32,000 nucleotides of DNA from Buchnera aphidicola str. APS (Acyrthosiphon pisum) (GCF_000009605.1 NC_002528.1:420001-452000), one strand, 5' to 3'. Shown: positions 11,883 through 22,739, counted from the stretch's first letter. Notes: generated by a model from the sequence alone, not told the origin. Numbers and translations: made by a program.

Positions 11883-13238
11883 ATGTTTAATAATTTAACT
11901 CAACGTCTTTCAGATAGTTTAAAAAAAATTTTAAATAAAGGAAGACTTACAGAAGAAAACATTAAAGAAACTATAAGAGAAGTTCGAAAAGCTTTATTAG
12001 AAGCAGATGTGGCTTTATCAGTAATAAAAAAATTTATAGAGAATGTAAAAAAAAAATCAATTGGGCATGAAATCAATAAAAGTTTAACTCCCGGACAAGA
12101 ATTTATAAAAATAGTTAAACATGAATTAATATTTGCAATGGGTGAAAAAAATCATTCTTTAAATTTTTCCATTGAACCCCCTGCGGTTATATTAGTAGTT
12201 GGTCTGCAAGGTTCAGGAAAAACTACTAGTTTAGCTAAATTGGGAAAATGGATTAAAAATAAGTATAAAAAAAAAATATTAATTACATCTACCGATACCT
12301 ATCGTGCGGCTGCTATTGAACAACTAAAAATATTATCTGATCAAATCGAGATAGATTTTTTTGAGTCTGATAAGCACCATACACCAATAGAAATCACTAA
12401 AAATGCGATAAAATATGCAAAATTAAAATTATATGACGTGCTATTAATTGACACAGCAGGTCGTTTGCATATTGATAAAAAAATGATGAATGAAATTCAG
12501 CAAATACAAGTTATATCAAAAGCTATTGAAACATTATTAATAGTAGATTCAATGATGGGGCAAGATGCAATAAACATGGCAAAAATATTTAATAATGATT
12601 TATTGATATCTGGTATAATATTAACTAAAACAGATGGTGATTCTAGGAGTGGAATTGCTCTATCTATGCGTTACATTACAGGAAAACCTATTAAATTTAT
12701 AGGAACAGGGGAAAAAATAATATCATTAGAACCATTTCATCCTGAAAGAATAGCTGATAGAATTCTAGGAATGAATGATATTATGTCGCTTATTGAAGAC
12801 ATTGAAGAAAAAGTAGATCAATCTCAGATTCAAAAACTAACAAAAAAATTAAAAAAAGGTCATGATTTTAATTTAAATGATTTTTTAACACAAATTAAAC
12901 AAATGAAAAAAATAGGAGGTTTAAATTATTTTGCAAATAAATTCTCTATCAATCATCAATTATCTAATAATATATCATTATTAAACACAGATAAAAATAC
13001 TTTAAAAAAAATAGAAGCAATGATATGTTCGATGACACCTAAAGAAAGAATAAAACCTATAATTATAAAAGGTTCAAGAAAACGCAGAATAGCTTTAGGT
13101 TCTGGAACACAAATACAAGACGTCAACAAATTATTAAAAAATTTTGATGATATACGAAGAATTATGAAAAAAATTAAAACTGATGGAATAGCAAAAGTAA
13201 TACGTGGAATAAAAAATATGCTACCTAAAAAGTTTTGA
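11883..13238 (+). CDS. ffh: Signal recognition particle protein Ffh
   Basis: 451 aa. GLQGSGKTTS, DTYRAAAIEQL, DTAGRLHID, TKTDGDSRSG and a methionine-rich C-terminal domain. Confidence 0.98.
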   Translation: MFNNLTQRLSDSLKKILNKGRLTEENIKETIREVRKALLEADVALSVIKKFIENVKKKSIGHEINKSLTPGQEFIKIVKHELIFAMGEKNHSLNFSIEPPAVILVVGLQGSGKTTSLAKLGKWIKNKYKKKILITSTDTYRAAAIEQLKILSDQIEIDFFESDKHHTPIEITKNAIKYAKLKLYDVLLIDTAGRLHIDKKMMNEIQQIQVISKAIETLLIVDSMMGQDAINMAKIFNNDLLISGIILTKTDGDSRSGIALSMRYITGKPIKFIGTGEKIISLEPFHPERIADRILGMNDIMSLIEDIEEKVDQSQIQKLTKKLKKGHDFNLNDFLTQIKQMKKIGGLNYFANKFSINHQLSNNISLLNTDKNTLKKIEAMICSMTPKERIKPIIIKGSRKRRIALGSGTQIQDVNKLLKNFDDIRRIMKKIKTDGIAKVIRGIKNMLPKKF

Positions 13239-13346
13239 AAAATTGTCTTAAAAATATAAAAAATTTTTTAAAATCTCAGTAGTATAATTTTTTTAATTTT
13301 TTTCAAATAATCCTTTTTATTTAATAACTTTTTAAGAAGAAAAAAT

Positions 13347-13586
13347 ATGGTAAAAATTCGTTTAGCTAGATATGGAACAAAAAAACGTCCATTTTATAAG
13401 CTGGTAGTAGCAGATAGTCGTTTTTCTAGAAATGGTCGTTTTATTGAACGTCTGGGTTATTTTAATCCTATTGCCAAAGGAAAATCTGAGATATTAAAAT
13501 TAAATTTAGAACGTATTGAACACTGGACTAATCAGGGTGCCCAAATGTCAGAAAGAACTAAAAAATTAATCAAACAAAAGAGGTAA
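13347..13586 (+). CDS. rpsP: 30S ribosomal protein S16
   Basis: 79 aa. [41 protein letters not shown]. Confidence 0.98.
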   Translation: MVKIRLARYGTKKRPFYKLVVADSRFSRNGRFIERLGYFNPIAKGKSEILKLNLERIEHWTNQGAQMSERTKKLIKQKR

Positions 13587-13587
13587 T

Positions 13588-14118
13588 ATTATAAATATTA
13601 GTATTAACAAACCAATTCAACCATTACTAATAGGAAAAGTTGGAAAATCTTACGGAATATTAGGTTGGATAAATATTTTTTCTTTCACAGAAGAACAAGA
13701 AAAAATATTCAATTATCTTCCATGGTTTTTTTTTAAAGAAAAAAATTGGACAAGAATTCAAATTAAAAACTGGAAAAAATATAAGAATAATTTTATTGTT
13801 CACATAAAAGATATTTCTGATCGTTCAGTAGTCAGTCAGTTTACTAATGCAGACATAATAATTAGTAAACATACATTACCTGCGTTGAAAAAAAATGATT
13901 ACTATTGGAATGATATTATCAATTATAAAGTATTTAATATAGATCAGCATTATTTAGGAACAGTAATTAATTTAATAAGGACAAGAAATAACGATATTCT
14001 TATAGTGAAAAATAAATTAAAGATACATCAAAAAAATATATTAATTCCATTTATCGACAACAAAATAATAAAAAATGTAAATACTGATAAAAAATTTATT
14101 TTAGTTCAATGGGACTAG
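13588..14118 (+). CDS. rimM: 16S rRNA processing protein RimM; full-length frame without an ATG/GTG start (ATT 13588 or ATA 13591 proposed)
   Basis: Frame is open from just after the rpsP stop. Translation (I)NISINKPIQPLLIGKVGKSYGILGWINIFSFTEEQEKIFNYLPWFFFKEKNWTRIQIKNWKK...VVSQFTNADIIISKHTLPALKKNDYYWNDIINYKVFNIDQHYLGTVINLIRTRNNDILIVKN...LIPFIDNKIIKNVNTDKKFILVQWD matches the RimM architecture. It lies between rpsP and trmD. The supplied ORF track only captured the C-terminal part from a TTG at 13885. Confidence 0.88.
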   Translation: MINISINKPIQPLLIGKVGKSYGILGWINIFSFTEEQEKIFNYLPWFFFKEKNWTRIQIKNWKKYKNNFIVHIKDISDRSVVSQFTNADIIISKHTLPALKKNDYYWNDIINYKVFNIDQHYLGTVINLIRTRNNDILIVKNKLKIHQKNILIPFIDNKIIKNVNTDKKFILVQWD

Positions 14119-14132
14119 ATTATGTGATTTAA

Positions 14133-14911
14133 ATGAAAAAAAAATATAATGAAACTATAATATGCTTTAATATTATTACTATTTTTCCAGAAATGTTCTA
14201 TGCGATCACCAATTACGGCATAATCGGACAAGCAATCAAAAAAAAAATTATTAATATTAATTTTTTTAATCCAAGAAATTTTAGCAAAAATAAATATAAA
14301 TCTGTAGACGATCGTCCTTATGGAGGAGGACCAGGAATGTTGATGAGTTTCGAACCATTGTATCTAGCTATTCAACAAGCCAAATCTACATCAAAAAATG
14401 TAACTGTTATTTATTTATCTCCCCAAGGAAAAGAATTAAAACAAAATCATATCGAAGAATTATTAGTCAAGAAGAAAAAAATTGTTTTCATATGTGGTCG
14501 ATATGAAGGAATAGATCAGAGAATTATTGATAATCAAGTGGATGAAGAATGGTCTATTGGAAGCTATATACTCACTGGAGGAGAATTGGCCGCCATGGTT
14601 ATGATTGATGCCATTTCTCGTTTAATTCCAGGTGTTATAAAAACAAAAAAGTCGATAGAAGAAGATTCCTTTACGAATGATTTACTTGATTATCCTAATT
14701 ATACTCGACCTAAAATTATAAAAAATATGTCAGTTCCTCAAGTTTTATTATCCGGAAACCACAATGAAATTCGCCTTTGGCGTTTAAAACAGTCACTTGG
14801 AACAACATGGATTAAACGTCCAGACCTTATAAAAAAAAAATATTAAAAAAAGAAGAAAAAATTCTTTTGGATGAATTTAAAAAAAAAATAAAATTAAAAA
14901 ATAATGACTAA
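14133..14911 (+). CDS. trmD: tRNA (guanine-37-N1)-methyltransferase TrmD, with a C-terminal frameshift at an A10 tract (literal frame stops at 14846)
   Basis: FFPEMFYAITNYGIIGQAIKK, DDRPYGGGPGMLM, VFICGRYEGIDQRI, WSIGSYILTGGELAAM. The literal ORF ends ...KRPDLIKKKY* at 14846. Adding one A to A10 (14831-14840) gives ...KRPDLIKKKILKKEEKILLDEFKKKIKLKNND* ending at 14911, which resembles the normal TrmD C-terminus. Confidence 0.93.
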
Positions 14912-14944
14912 TTTTTTTTATTTATTTAAATTTAAGAGGAAAAC

Positions 14945-15292
14945 ATGTTCAGTATTATTCAAAACATAGAAAAAGAACAAATAAAAAAAAATATACCTGT
15001 TTTTAGATCCGGAGATACTATAGAAGTAAAAGTATGGGTTATTGAAGGCTCGAAAAAACGCTTACAATCTTTTGAAGGAATAGTGATAGCAATAAAGAAT
15101 CGTTGTTTAAATTCATCTTTTACTGTGCGTAAAATATCTAATGGAGAAGGTGTTGAACGAGTTTTTCAAACTCATTCTCATGGTATCGAAGAAATTCTAG
15201 TTAAAAGAAAGGGTTTAGTTAGAAAAGCAAAATTATATTATTTGAGAACGCGAACTGGAAAGGCCGCTCGTATTAAAGAGCGATTAAATTAA
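14945..15292 (+). CDS. rplS: 50S ribosomal protein L19
   Basis: 115 aa. [33 protein letters not shown] and C-terminal [19 protein letters not shown]. Confidence 0.98.
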   Translation: MFSIIQNIEKEQIKKNIPVFRSGDTIEVKVWVIEGSKKRLQSFEGIVIAIKNRCLNSSFTVRKISNGEGVERVFQTHSHGIEEILVKRKGLVRKAKLYYLRTRTGKAARIKERLN

Positions 15293-15299
15293 TTTTAAT

Positions 15300-15336
15300 A
15301 TGCAGTCATGACATAATTCTTGACTGCATTATTTTT
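15300..15336 (+). terminator. Probable Rho-independent terminator of the rpsP-rimM-trmD-rplS operon
   Basis: Stem ATGCAGTCA / TGACTGCAT followed by ATTATTTTTT, immediately after the rplS stop. Confidence 0.75.
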
Positions 15337-15375
15337 TATGGTATATAAGCTATAATAAATTTTTATTTAATCAAA

Positions 15376-16827
15376 TTAAACAGTTCCACCAATAGTTAAA
15401 TTTTCTAATTTCATAGATGGTTGACCTATTCCAACTGGAATATTTTGACCGTCTTTTCCACAAATACCCATCCCTTCATCCATTTTTAAATCATCACCAA
15501 CCATTGATATTTTTTGCATAACTTCTAATCCTGATCCTATGAGAGTAGTGTTTTTAATTGGTGTAACAATTTTTCCATTTTTTATTAAATAAGCTTCCGA
15601 AGTAGAAAATACAAATTTTCCGGAAGTAATATCTACCTGTCCTCCAGAAAAATTTACAGCATATATTCCATAGTCGACGCTTTTAATTATATCATCTAAT
15701 TTAGACTTTCCAGATAACATATAGGTATTAGTCATACGAGGCATAGGTAGACACGAATAAGATTCACGACGACCATTTCCGGTAGACTTAACACCCATTA
15801 AACGCGCATTAAGTTTATCTTGCATATATTTTTTTAATATTCCATTTTCAATTAAAATATTCTTTTGACCTGGAGTACCTTCGTCATCAATGCTTAATGA
15901 TCCACGTTGATTTTTAATTGTTCCATCATCGATAATAGTACACAACTCTGATGCAACCTTTTTACCTATCATATTAGTAAAGATTGAAGTGCCTTTTCTG
16001 TTAAAATCACCTTCTAATCCATGACCTATAGCCTCATGTAACAAAACGCCCGGCCATCCAGATCCTAAAACTACTGGAAATGTTCCTGATAGAGCCTCTT
16101 TTGAAGATAAATTTAATAAGGCTATACGCACAGCTTCTTTAGACCAATGATCAATTCTAATTTCTTTTGAAGAATCATCTTGATTTAAAAAAAAGTTATA
16201 ATCTGTACGGCTTCCTCCACCGCTACGACCACGCTCTCTTTTCCCATGATCTTCAACTAAAACACTAATTGAAAATTGTATTGACGGCCTGATATCTGAT
16301 ACTAAATTTCCATCAGTAGAAGCAACTAAAATTTGTTCATATGATCCTGTTAAAGAAGCATTCACTTCTATAACACGATGGTCAAGACTACGTGCTATGT
16401 AATTTGCTCTATAAAGAAGATCAGTTTTTTCTTTAGAAGAAAATCCTTCTAGGGGATTAACATTTTTATAGATAGGTTCAATTGTTTTTTTTGATAAAGT
16501 TTTTGTTTTTCCCGATCCTTTTGTTAAAATAATACTGTGTGCTTTTTTCGTACTCCTTCTTAAAGAATCTAATGATATTTGATCTGAGTACGCAAATCCA
16601 GTGCTTTCTCCTCTTATTGCTCGTACTCCGATACCTGCATCAGAATGATAATTTCCTTCTTTTATAATACTATTCTCTAGAATCCAAGACTCGTGAATAT
16701 GAGATTGAAAATAAAGATCTCCATAATCTAATTGACGTGTACACAGTTCTTCCAAGGCAATAAAAACATCTTGATCGTTTATTTTATTCGCATTTAATAA
16801 AGATTCAGTTACTAATTCAAATGTCAT
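15376..16827 (-). CDS. tldD: Metalloprotease TldD
   Basis: 483 aa. [21 protein letters not shown] zinc motif, [20 protein letters not shown]...[26 protein letters not shown]. Confidence 0.96.
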   Translation of the reverse strand: MTFELVTESLLNANKINDQDVFIALEELCTRQLDYGDLYFQSHIHESWILENSIIKEGNYHSDAGIGVRAIRGESTGFAYSDQISLDSLRRSTKKAHSIILTKGSGKTKTLSKKTIEPIYKNVNPLEGFSSKEKTDLLYRANYIARSLDHRVIEVNASLTGSYEQILVASTDGNLVSDIRPSIQFSISVLVEDHGKRERGRSGGGSRTDYNFFLNQDDSSKEIRIDHWSKEAVRIALLNLSSKEALSGTFPVVLGSGWPGVLLHEAIGHGLEGDFNRKGTSIFTNMIGKKVASELCTIIDDGTIKNQRGSLSIDDEGTPGQKNILIENGILKKYMQDKLNARLMGVKSTGNGRRESYSCLPMPRMTNTYMLSGKSKLDDIIKSVDYGIYAVNFSGGQVDITSGKFVFSTSEAYLIKNGKIVTPIKNTTLIGSGLEVMQKISMVGDDLKMDEGMGICGKDGQNIPVGIGQPSMKLENLTIGGTV

Positions 16828-16984
16828 TTGAACTCACTTAATTTATGATAATGTTGTAAATGTTTATTATAAAAGATAAAACAAAAAAAGAAAAAAATAA
16901 TTTTTCTAAAAAAATGTTATATAATATTTTATTAGATAAGTCTTCTAGTAAATTTGAGATATAATCATTTAAAAAGAGATTAAC

Positions 16985-17437
16985 ATGAAAAATAATATAA
17001 ATATATTATTAATAAATGGACCTAATTTAAATCTTCTGGGAACAAGAGAAACTGAGATTTACGGTGATATTACTCTGCCCGATTTATTGAAAAATTTAGA
17101 AAAAAGAGCAAAAAAACTTAATATGTCTTTAAAACATATACAATCTAATGCAGAACATGTATTAATTGACAAAATTCATTCTTCAAGAAAAAATATTAAT
17201 TATATCATTATCAATCCTGCCGCATTTACACACACTAGTATAGCTATAAGAGATGCATTAATTGCAGTAGAGATTCCTTTTATTGAAATTCATATTTCAA
17301 ATATTTATTCAAGAGAAGATTTTCGTTCCCACTCATGGTTATCTGATATTTCTCAAGGTGTAATTTGTGGACTTGGTTTAGATGGTTATCATTGGGCATT
17401 AGAAACAATATCTAATAGACTTATTCATTTAAAATAA
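16985..17437 (+). CDS. aroQ: 3-dehydroquinate dehydratase, type II
   Basis: 150 aa. [49 protein letters not shown]. Confidence 0.96.
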   Translation: MKNNINILLINGPNLNLLGTRETEIYGDITLPDLLKNLEKRAKKLNMSLKHIQSNAEHVLIDKIHSSRKNINYIIINPAAFTHTSIAIRDALIAVEIPFIEIHISNIYSREDFRSHSWLSDISQGVICGLGLDGYHWALETISNRLIHLK

Positions 17438-17570
17438 AAGATTTTAAAAAAAATATAAAAATATACGAATATTAAAAAATAAAGTATTAATTAGTATTAA
17501 TTCTTTTTAAAAAATATATTATTTTTTTAAAAAAATAGTTAAATTTTTTTTCGAGATGAAAAATATAATT

Positions 17571-17608
17571 TTGCACTCTCTTATATTTTTTCAAAATAGA
17601 AAGTGCAA
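17571..17608. terminator. Possible bidirectional terminator between aroQ and fis
   Basis: TTGCACTCTC ... GAAAGTGCAA inverted repeat (10 bp, one mismatch) in the convergent aroQ/fis gap with AT-rich flanks. Confidence 0.45.
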
Positions 17609-17629
17609 TTTAAAAAATATATAAAATAT

Positions 17630-17926
17630 TTAATTCATACTATATTTCTTTAATTTTTTACGCAATGTACTACGATTAATTCCCAGCATTAAAGCAGCAC
17701 GTGTTTGATTTCCTCTGGTATACTGCATTATCATATCTAAAAGAGGTTGTTCTAATTCAGATAGTGCTAATTCATATAAATTATTAACATCTTTGCCATT
17801 TAAATTAGATAAATAATATTTTAAAGATTTTTTTACTAATTCACATAAAGGTTGTTTGATATTTTTATCTTGAGTATTAGTAGTAGATAAAACTAAAAAT
17901 TCTGTATTTGTTTTTTTTTCTAGCAT
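17630..17926 (-). CDS. fis: DNA-binding protein Fis
   Basis: 98 aa. C-terminal [39 protein letters not shown] is near-identical to Fis. Confidence 0.97.
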
Positions 17927-18094
17927 AGTACTATCGACTCTGATTTTTTTTTATATTGTATATATTTTTTAAAAAAAATTATACTGAAAATATTAATTTT
18001 TATATATTTAATAATACATTTTAAGTTTTTCGTATAATAAATAATAATTCTTATTAAGAATAAATATATTCAATAAGAAAATTTATAATATATT

Positions 18095-19033
18095 CTATAT
18101 TTTTAAAAGCAGTTCTTGAATATCTTGAGGAAGTGGTACTGTCCATGACATTACATTTTTTTTAATAGGATGATGAAGAGAAAGATGGTTTGCGTGCAGT
18201 GCTTGACGAGGAAATTTATATATTTTATTAGTTTTTTTATCTTTTCTATAATTCGACTGGATTTTAAAACCACTGTAACAAGGATCTCCAACTAATGGGT
18301 ATTTGATGTGCAACATATGAACTCGAATTTGATGCGTACGCCCCGTTTCTAATCGTATTGCTATATGTGTATGAAATTTAAAACGACTGAGGACCTTATA
18401 ATGTGTTACTGATGGTTTTCCTAAATGATGAACCATCATACATGTTCTTCTGTTATAATGACGCATTATAGGTTTGTTTATAGTCCCACCGGCAATCATT
18501 TTCCCGTGAACAATTCCTTCATATTCTCGAATAATTTTCTTTTCTTTCAATAATAATAACAAGTGGTTATAAGAAAAAATATTTTTTGCAATTACCATCA
18601 ATCCGCTAGTATCTTTATCTAAACGATGCACTATTCCGGCACGAGGTAAATCTTTACTATTTTTATAGTGATATAATAAAGCATTTAAAATTGTTCCTGA
18701 TTTATTTCCAGAACCTGGATGAACAACTAATCCAGCAGGTTTATTGATTATTAATATATCGCTATCTTCATACACAATATCTAAAAAAATATTTTCTGGG
18801 ATATCAACTAATAAATCTTTAGAAAAAGGATGAATTGTAAGAGTCTCTCCTCCTAATATTTTTTTATCAGGTTGATTTACAATACTTTCATTAACTAAGA
18901 CCTGATTCATAATAATTAATTTTTTTAAATAAGAACGAGAATATTCTCTGAATAATTTAGATAAAACTAGATCTAATCTTTGCCCTGATAATGAACAAGA
19001 TGATGCAATAGAATTTAATTGTATTTTTTTCAA
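18095..19033 (-). CDS. rluD: 23S rRNA pseudouridine(1911/1915/1917) synthase RluD
   Basis: 312 aa. S4-like N-terminus (GQRLDLVLSKLFREYSRSYLKKLI), catalytic GIVHRLDKDTSGLMVIAK, RTHQIRVHM; adjacent to bamD as in enterics. Confidence 0.94.
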   Translation of the reverse strand: MKKIQLNSIASSCSLSGQRLDLVLSKLFREYSRSYLKKLIIMNQVLVNESIVNQPDKKILGGETLTIHPFSKDLLVDIPENIFLDIVYEDSDILIINKPAGLVVHPGSGNKSGTILNALLYHYKNSKDLPRAGIVHRLDKDTSGLMVIAKNIFSYNHLLLLLKEKKIIREYEGIVHGKMIAGGTINKPIMRHYNRRTCMMVHHLGKPSVTHYKVLSRFKFHTHIAIRLETGRTHQIRVHMLHIKYPLVGDPCYSGFKIQSNYRKDKKTNKIYKFPRQALHANHLSLHHPIKKNVMSWTVPLPQDIQELLLKI

Positions 19034-19197
19034 TATAGTTATCCTTATAACTAAATAAATATTTCTTTAATTTTAACGCTACATCTTTAATATTTACAGA
19101 ATATGACATTCTACTTTTATAATATGATATTCTATAGAATTAGAAACATAAATATTTTTAATAAGAAATTTTATTAATTTAAACTGAATACATAATA

Positions 19198-19938
19198 ATG
19201 AAAAAAAAGAACAGTATTATATTTGTTTTTATGATTTTATTCTTTAACTCAACAGTACAGTCTCAGTCTTTTAAAAAAAATTATTTTACAGAAAGATATA
19301 CTCTTTATGAAAAATCTAATAAAGAATTAAGAAAAGAAAACTTTGATAATGCAATTTCTATATTAGAAAAAATAAAAAAAAATAATAATACCGCTAATAT
19401 TAGTAATGATAAAATTCAAATAGATTTAATCTATGCTTACTATAAAATATTAAATTTCGATCAAGCTAGAAAAAATATAGAAGAATTTATGTATTTTTAT
19501 CCAAATCATCCGAATATAGATTACGTTGTATATATACAATGCTTAATTAGCATGTCTTTAGATAAAAACAGATTTTTTAGTGTTTTCCCTATAAATTATT
19601 ATAAAAATGATTATTTTTATGCAAAAAATGCATTCTTCCAATTAAAGTATTTTATTTATCAATATCCTAAAAGTCGCTATGTTGTCAATGCTAAAAAAAA
19701 CTTAATATATATAAAAAATCGTCTTTCCGAACATGATCTTTCAATTTTAAAATTTTATTTCTTTCATAAAGAATATATAGCAGTTATAAATAGAGGAGAA
19801 GAAATGCTTCAAAGATATTCAGAAACACCATCTGCCCGAAAAGCTCTTATATATATAGAAAAATCTTATTATGCATTAAAAATTTTTGATACAGCAAAAA
19901 AAATATCAAAAATAATTTTATTAAATAAAATTCAATAA
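19198..19938 (+). CDS. bamD: Outer membrane assembly protein BamD (YfiO) homologue
   Basis: 246 aa. Signal-like N-terminus, [45 protein letters not shown] and [30 protein letters not shown] match BamD TPR architecture; divergent from rluD. Confidence 0.9.
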   Translation: MKKKNSIIFVFMILFFNSTVQSQSFKKNYFTERYTLYEKSNKELRKENFDNAISILEKIKKNNNTANISNDKIQIDLIYAYYKILNFDQARKNIEEFMYFYPNHPNIDYVVYIQCLISMSLDKNRFFSVFPINYYKNDYFYAKNAFFQLKYFIYQYPKSRYVVNAKKNLIYIKNRLSEHDLSILKFYFFHKEYIAVINRGEEMLQRYSETPSARKALIYIEKSYYALKIFDTAKKISKIILLNKIQ

Positions 19939-20102
19939 AAAAACTTGATTATTATTTTCAAGATAAAAAACGTTTATTTATTAAAATCTATCTCAAAAAA
20001 TATTCTTTTATAAAGATCATAAAAATAAAACAATATAATAAATTCTATTTGTTAAAAACACTTTATATCAGTAATATTATTTTCATACTAACCAGAAAAA
20101 AA

Positions 20103-22739
20103 ATGAAAAAAACAACAGATAAAATACGTCAAGATTTCTTAAAATTTTTTAAAGAAAAAGGTCATATGATTATTCCCAGTAGTTCTTTAGTTCCTTATAA
20201 TGATTCTACATTATTATTTACTAATGCAGGAATGAATCAATTTAAAGAAATCTTTTTAGGTGAAAAAAAAAGCAATTATCCACGTGTTGCTACTGTACAA
20301 AGATGTTTAAGAACTGGAGGAAAACATAATGATTTAGAAAATGTTGGATATACTTCAAAACATCATACATTTTTCGAAATGCTTGGAAATTTTAGTTTTG
20401 GAGACTATTTTAAAAAACAAGCTATTGAGTATGCTTGGGAATTGTTAACATCAAAAAAATGGTTTAACATACCACAAAATAAATTATGGATTTCAGTATA
20501 TAAAGATGATACTGAAACATATAAAATTTGGAATGACATCATTAAAATACCTTCAGAACGTATTATTAGAATAGGTGACAAAAATAAAGAGAAATACAAT
20601 TCTGAAAATTTTTGGCAAATGGGTGATACTGGTCCATGTGGTCCTTGTACTGAAATATTTTATGATTATTCAGATACAATGAAAATTGATCCAATAGAGT
20701 TTTTAGAAAATAAAAACGGCCGTTTTGTTGAAATTTGGAATATTGTTTTTATAGAATTCAATCGTATCTCCAAGACAAAAATTATTTCTTTAAAAAATAA
20801 ATCCATAGATACAGGCATGGGATTAGAAAGAATATCTGCTGTTTTACAAAATGTGTATTCTAACTATCATATAGATGTATTTCAAAAACTAATAAAAAAT
20901 ATAGCTCAATTAAGCTCTATAAATAATTTAGACCATATTTCTTTTCAAGTAATAGCTGACCATATTAGATCCTGTTCATACATTATTGCAGATAATATTC
21001 TTCCATCAAATGAACATAGAGGTTATATTTTAAGAAGAATTATCAGAAGAGCATTAAGACATGGACATAAAATCGGAATTAAAAAAAATTTTTTTCATAA
21101 ACTAGTATCTAGTGTAATTCACGTTATGGGAAAAACTGGTGATATTTTAAAAGAAAAACAAGAAAAAATAGAAAATGTTTTAAAAATAGAAGAAATGCAA
21201 TTTTCCTATACACTTGAAAAAGGTTTAAAAATATTAAATTCTGAAATAGAAAAAATAGATAATAATATACTATCTGGAAAAACTGCATTTTATCTTTATG
21301 ATACCTTTGGATTTCCGATTGATTTAACATCTGATGTTTGTCGTGAAAAAAATATTAAAATAGATTATAATAGCTATGAACTAGCTAAAGAAAAACAAAA
21401 AGAACAATCTAATATCAATAAAAAATTTTATAAAAATTATAACAACAATATTATTCTAAATGATACCTGTATTTTTGAAGGTTATACAAAAACTATAACC
21501 CGATCATTAGTAAAATATATTTTTGTAAATAATCAATCTGTTTCGAAAATTATAAAAGATGAAAAAGGCGTAATTTTTCTAGATAAAACGCCATTTTATA
21601 GTGAATCAGGAGGTCAAATAGGTGATATAGGTCAGTTATATCATAAAAAATCATCTTTTCTAGTAGAAAAGACAAAAAAATATGGAAAAACAATAGGACA
21701 TATTGGAAAATTAATTTCAGGGCAAATTACACTAAATGATTCTCTTTTTAGCCATATTGATGAAGATTATAGATATGCAATTCAATTAAATCATTCAGCT
21801 ACGCATTTATTACATGCTACACTGCGCAAAATTCTAGGGGACAGTATTGTTCAAAAAGGTTCTTTAGTAACTAATACATATTTGAGATTTGATTTTTCTT
21901 ATGTTAAATCGATAGACACATCTCAAATTCAAAAGATTGAAAATATTATTAATACGAATATTCGTAATAATATTAAAATTAAAACTGAAGAATTAAATTT
22001 AGAAGAAGCTAAAAAGAAAAAAGCAATGGCTCTTTTTGATGATCAGTACGGTTCTATTGTACGAGTCGTATTCATAAATAATTTTTCTATCGAGCTTTGT
22101 GGTGGAACACATACTCAAAGGACTGGTGATATCGGACTATTTAAAATTATTTCTCAATCAAGTGTAGCATCAGGAATTAAAAGAATTGAAGCTGTAACAG
22201 GACAAAAAGCTATAGATTATTTACATGAAAAAGATAATTATATAAAAGATATCTCTCTCTTACTGAATTGCAGTACTGTTGATATTAAAGAAAAAACTAA
22301 AAAACTTACAATAAAAACAAAAAATCTAGAGAAAAAAATAATTCAACTACAAAAAAAAGAAAACACACAATACATAAAAAAAATACTTAAAAATGTTACT
22401 GAGATAAAAGGAACTAAACTTTTAACTAATATTTTTTATGATTATGAACAAAAATCATTAAGAATGATAGTTGATCAATTGAAAAAAGAACTAAAAAATA
22501 CAATTATTATCTTAATAAATATTATCAATAATCGTTTTACGATTATTGTAGGTGTAACAAGAAATTTACTTGATTATATAACAGCAATAAAAATTATGGA
22601 GATGATTATTAATAAAACAAACGGGAAAGGTGGTGGAAAAAAAGAAATTGCTGAAGGAGGAGGTGCTAATACAAAACAACTACCTAGTATTTTAAATACT
22701 ATAAAATTATGGATTAATGATAAATTAAATGAAAAATAA
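20103..22739 (+). CDS. alaS: Alanyl-tRNA synthetase
   Basis: MKKTTDKIRQDFLKFFKEKGH...SSSLVPYNDSTLLFTNAGMNQFKEIFLG, HSATHLLHATLR, ELCGGTHTQRTGDIG. ATG at 20103 is preferred over the ORF-track start at 20049 because the family N-terminus begins there. Confidence 0.97.
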   Translation: MKKTTDKIRQDFLKFFKEKGHMIIPSSSLVPYNDSTLLFTNAGMNQFKEIFLGEKKSNYPRVATVQRCLRTGGKHNDLENVGYTSKHHTFFEMLGNFSFGDYFKKQAIEYAWELLTSKKWFNIPQNKLWISVYKDDTETYKIWNDIIKIPSERIIRIGDKNKEKYNSENFWQMGDTGPCGPCTEIFYDYSDTMKIDPIEFLENKNGRFVEIWNIVFIEFNRISKTKIISLKNKSIDTGMGLERISAVLQNVYSNYHIDVFQKLIKNIAQLSSINNLDHISFQVIADHIRSCSYIIADNILPSNEHRGYILRRIIRRALRHGHKIGIKKNFFHKLVSSVIHVMGKTGDILKEKQEKIENVLKIEEMQFSYTLEKGLKILNSEIEKIDNNILSGKTAFYLYDTFGFPIDLTSDVCREKNIKIDYNSYELAKEKQKEQSNINKKFYKNYNNNIILNDTCIFEGYTKTITRSLVKYIFVNNQSVSKIIKDEKGVIFLDKTPFYSESGGQIGDIGQLYHKKSSFLVEKTKKYGKTIGHIGKLISGQITLNDSLFSHIDEDYRYAIQLNHSATHLLHATLRKILGDSIVQKGSLVTNTYLRFDFSYVKSIDTSQIQKIENIINTNIRNNIKIKTEELNLEEAKKKKAMALFDDQYGSIVRVVFINNFSIELCGGTHTQRTGDIGLFKIISQSSVASGIKRIEAVTGQKAIDYLHEKDNYIKDISLLLNCSTVDIKEKTKKLTIKTKNLEKKIIQLQKKENTQYIKKILKNVTEIKGTKLLTNIFYDYEQKSLRMIVDQLKKELKNTIIILINIINNRFTIIVGVTRNLLDYITAIKIMEMIINKTNGKGGGKKEIAEGGGANTKQLPSILNTIKLWINDKLNEK

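Noticed and set aside
13885-14118. Short 77-aa ORF as an independent gene.
   Set aside because: It is the C-terminal part of the open rimM frame that extends back to about 13588.
20049-20102. 18-aa N-terminal extension of AlaS in the ORF track.
   Set aside because: The family N-terminus begins at MKKTTDKIRQ (ATG 20103). The extension MLKTLYISNIIFILTRK is spacer translation.
20405-21330. Minus-strand ORFs 20405..20599 and 21124..21330.
   Set aside because: Both lie antisense inside the well-supported alaS and consist mostly of Phe/Leu/Ile from A-rich codons.
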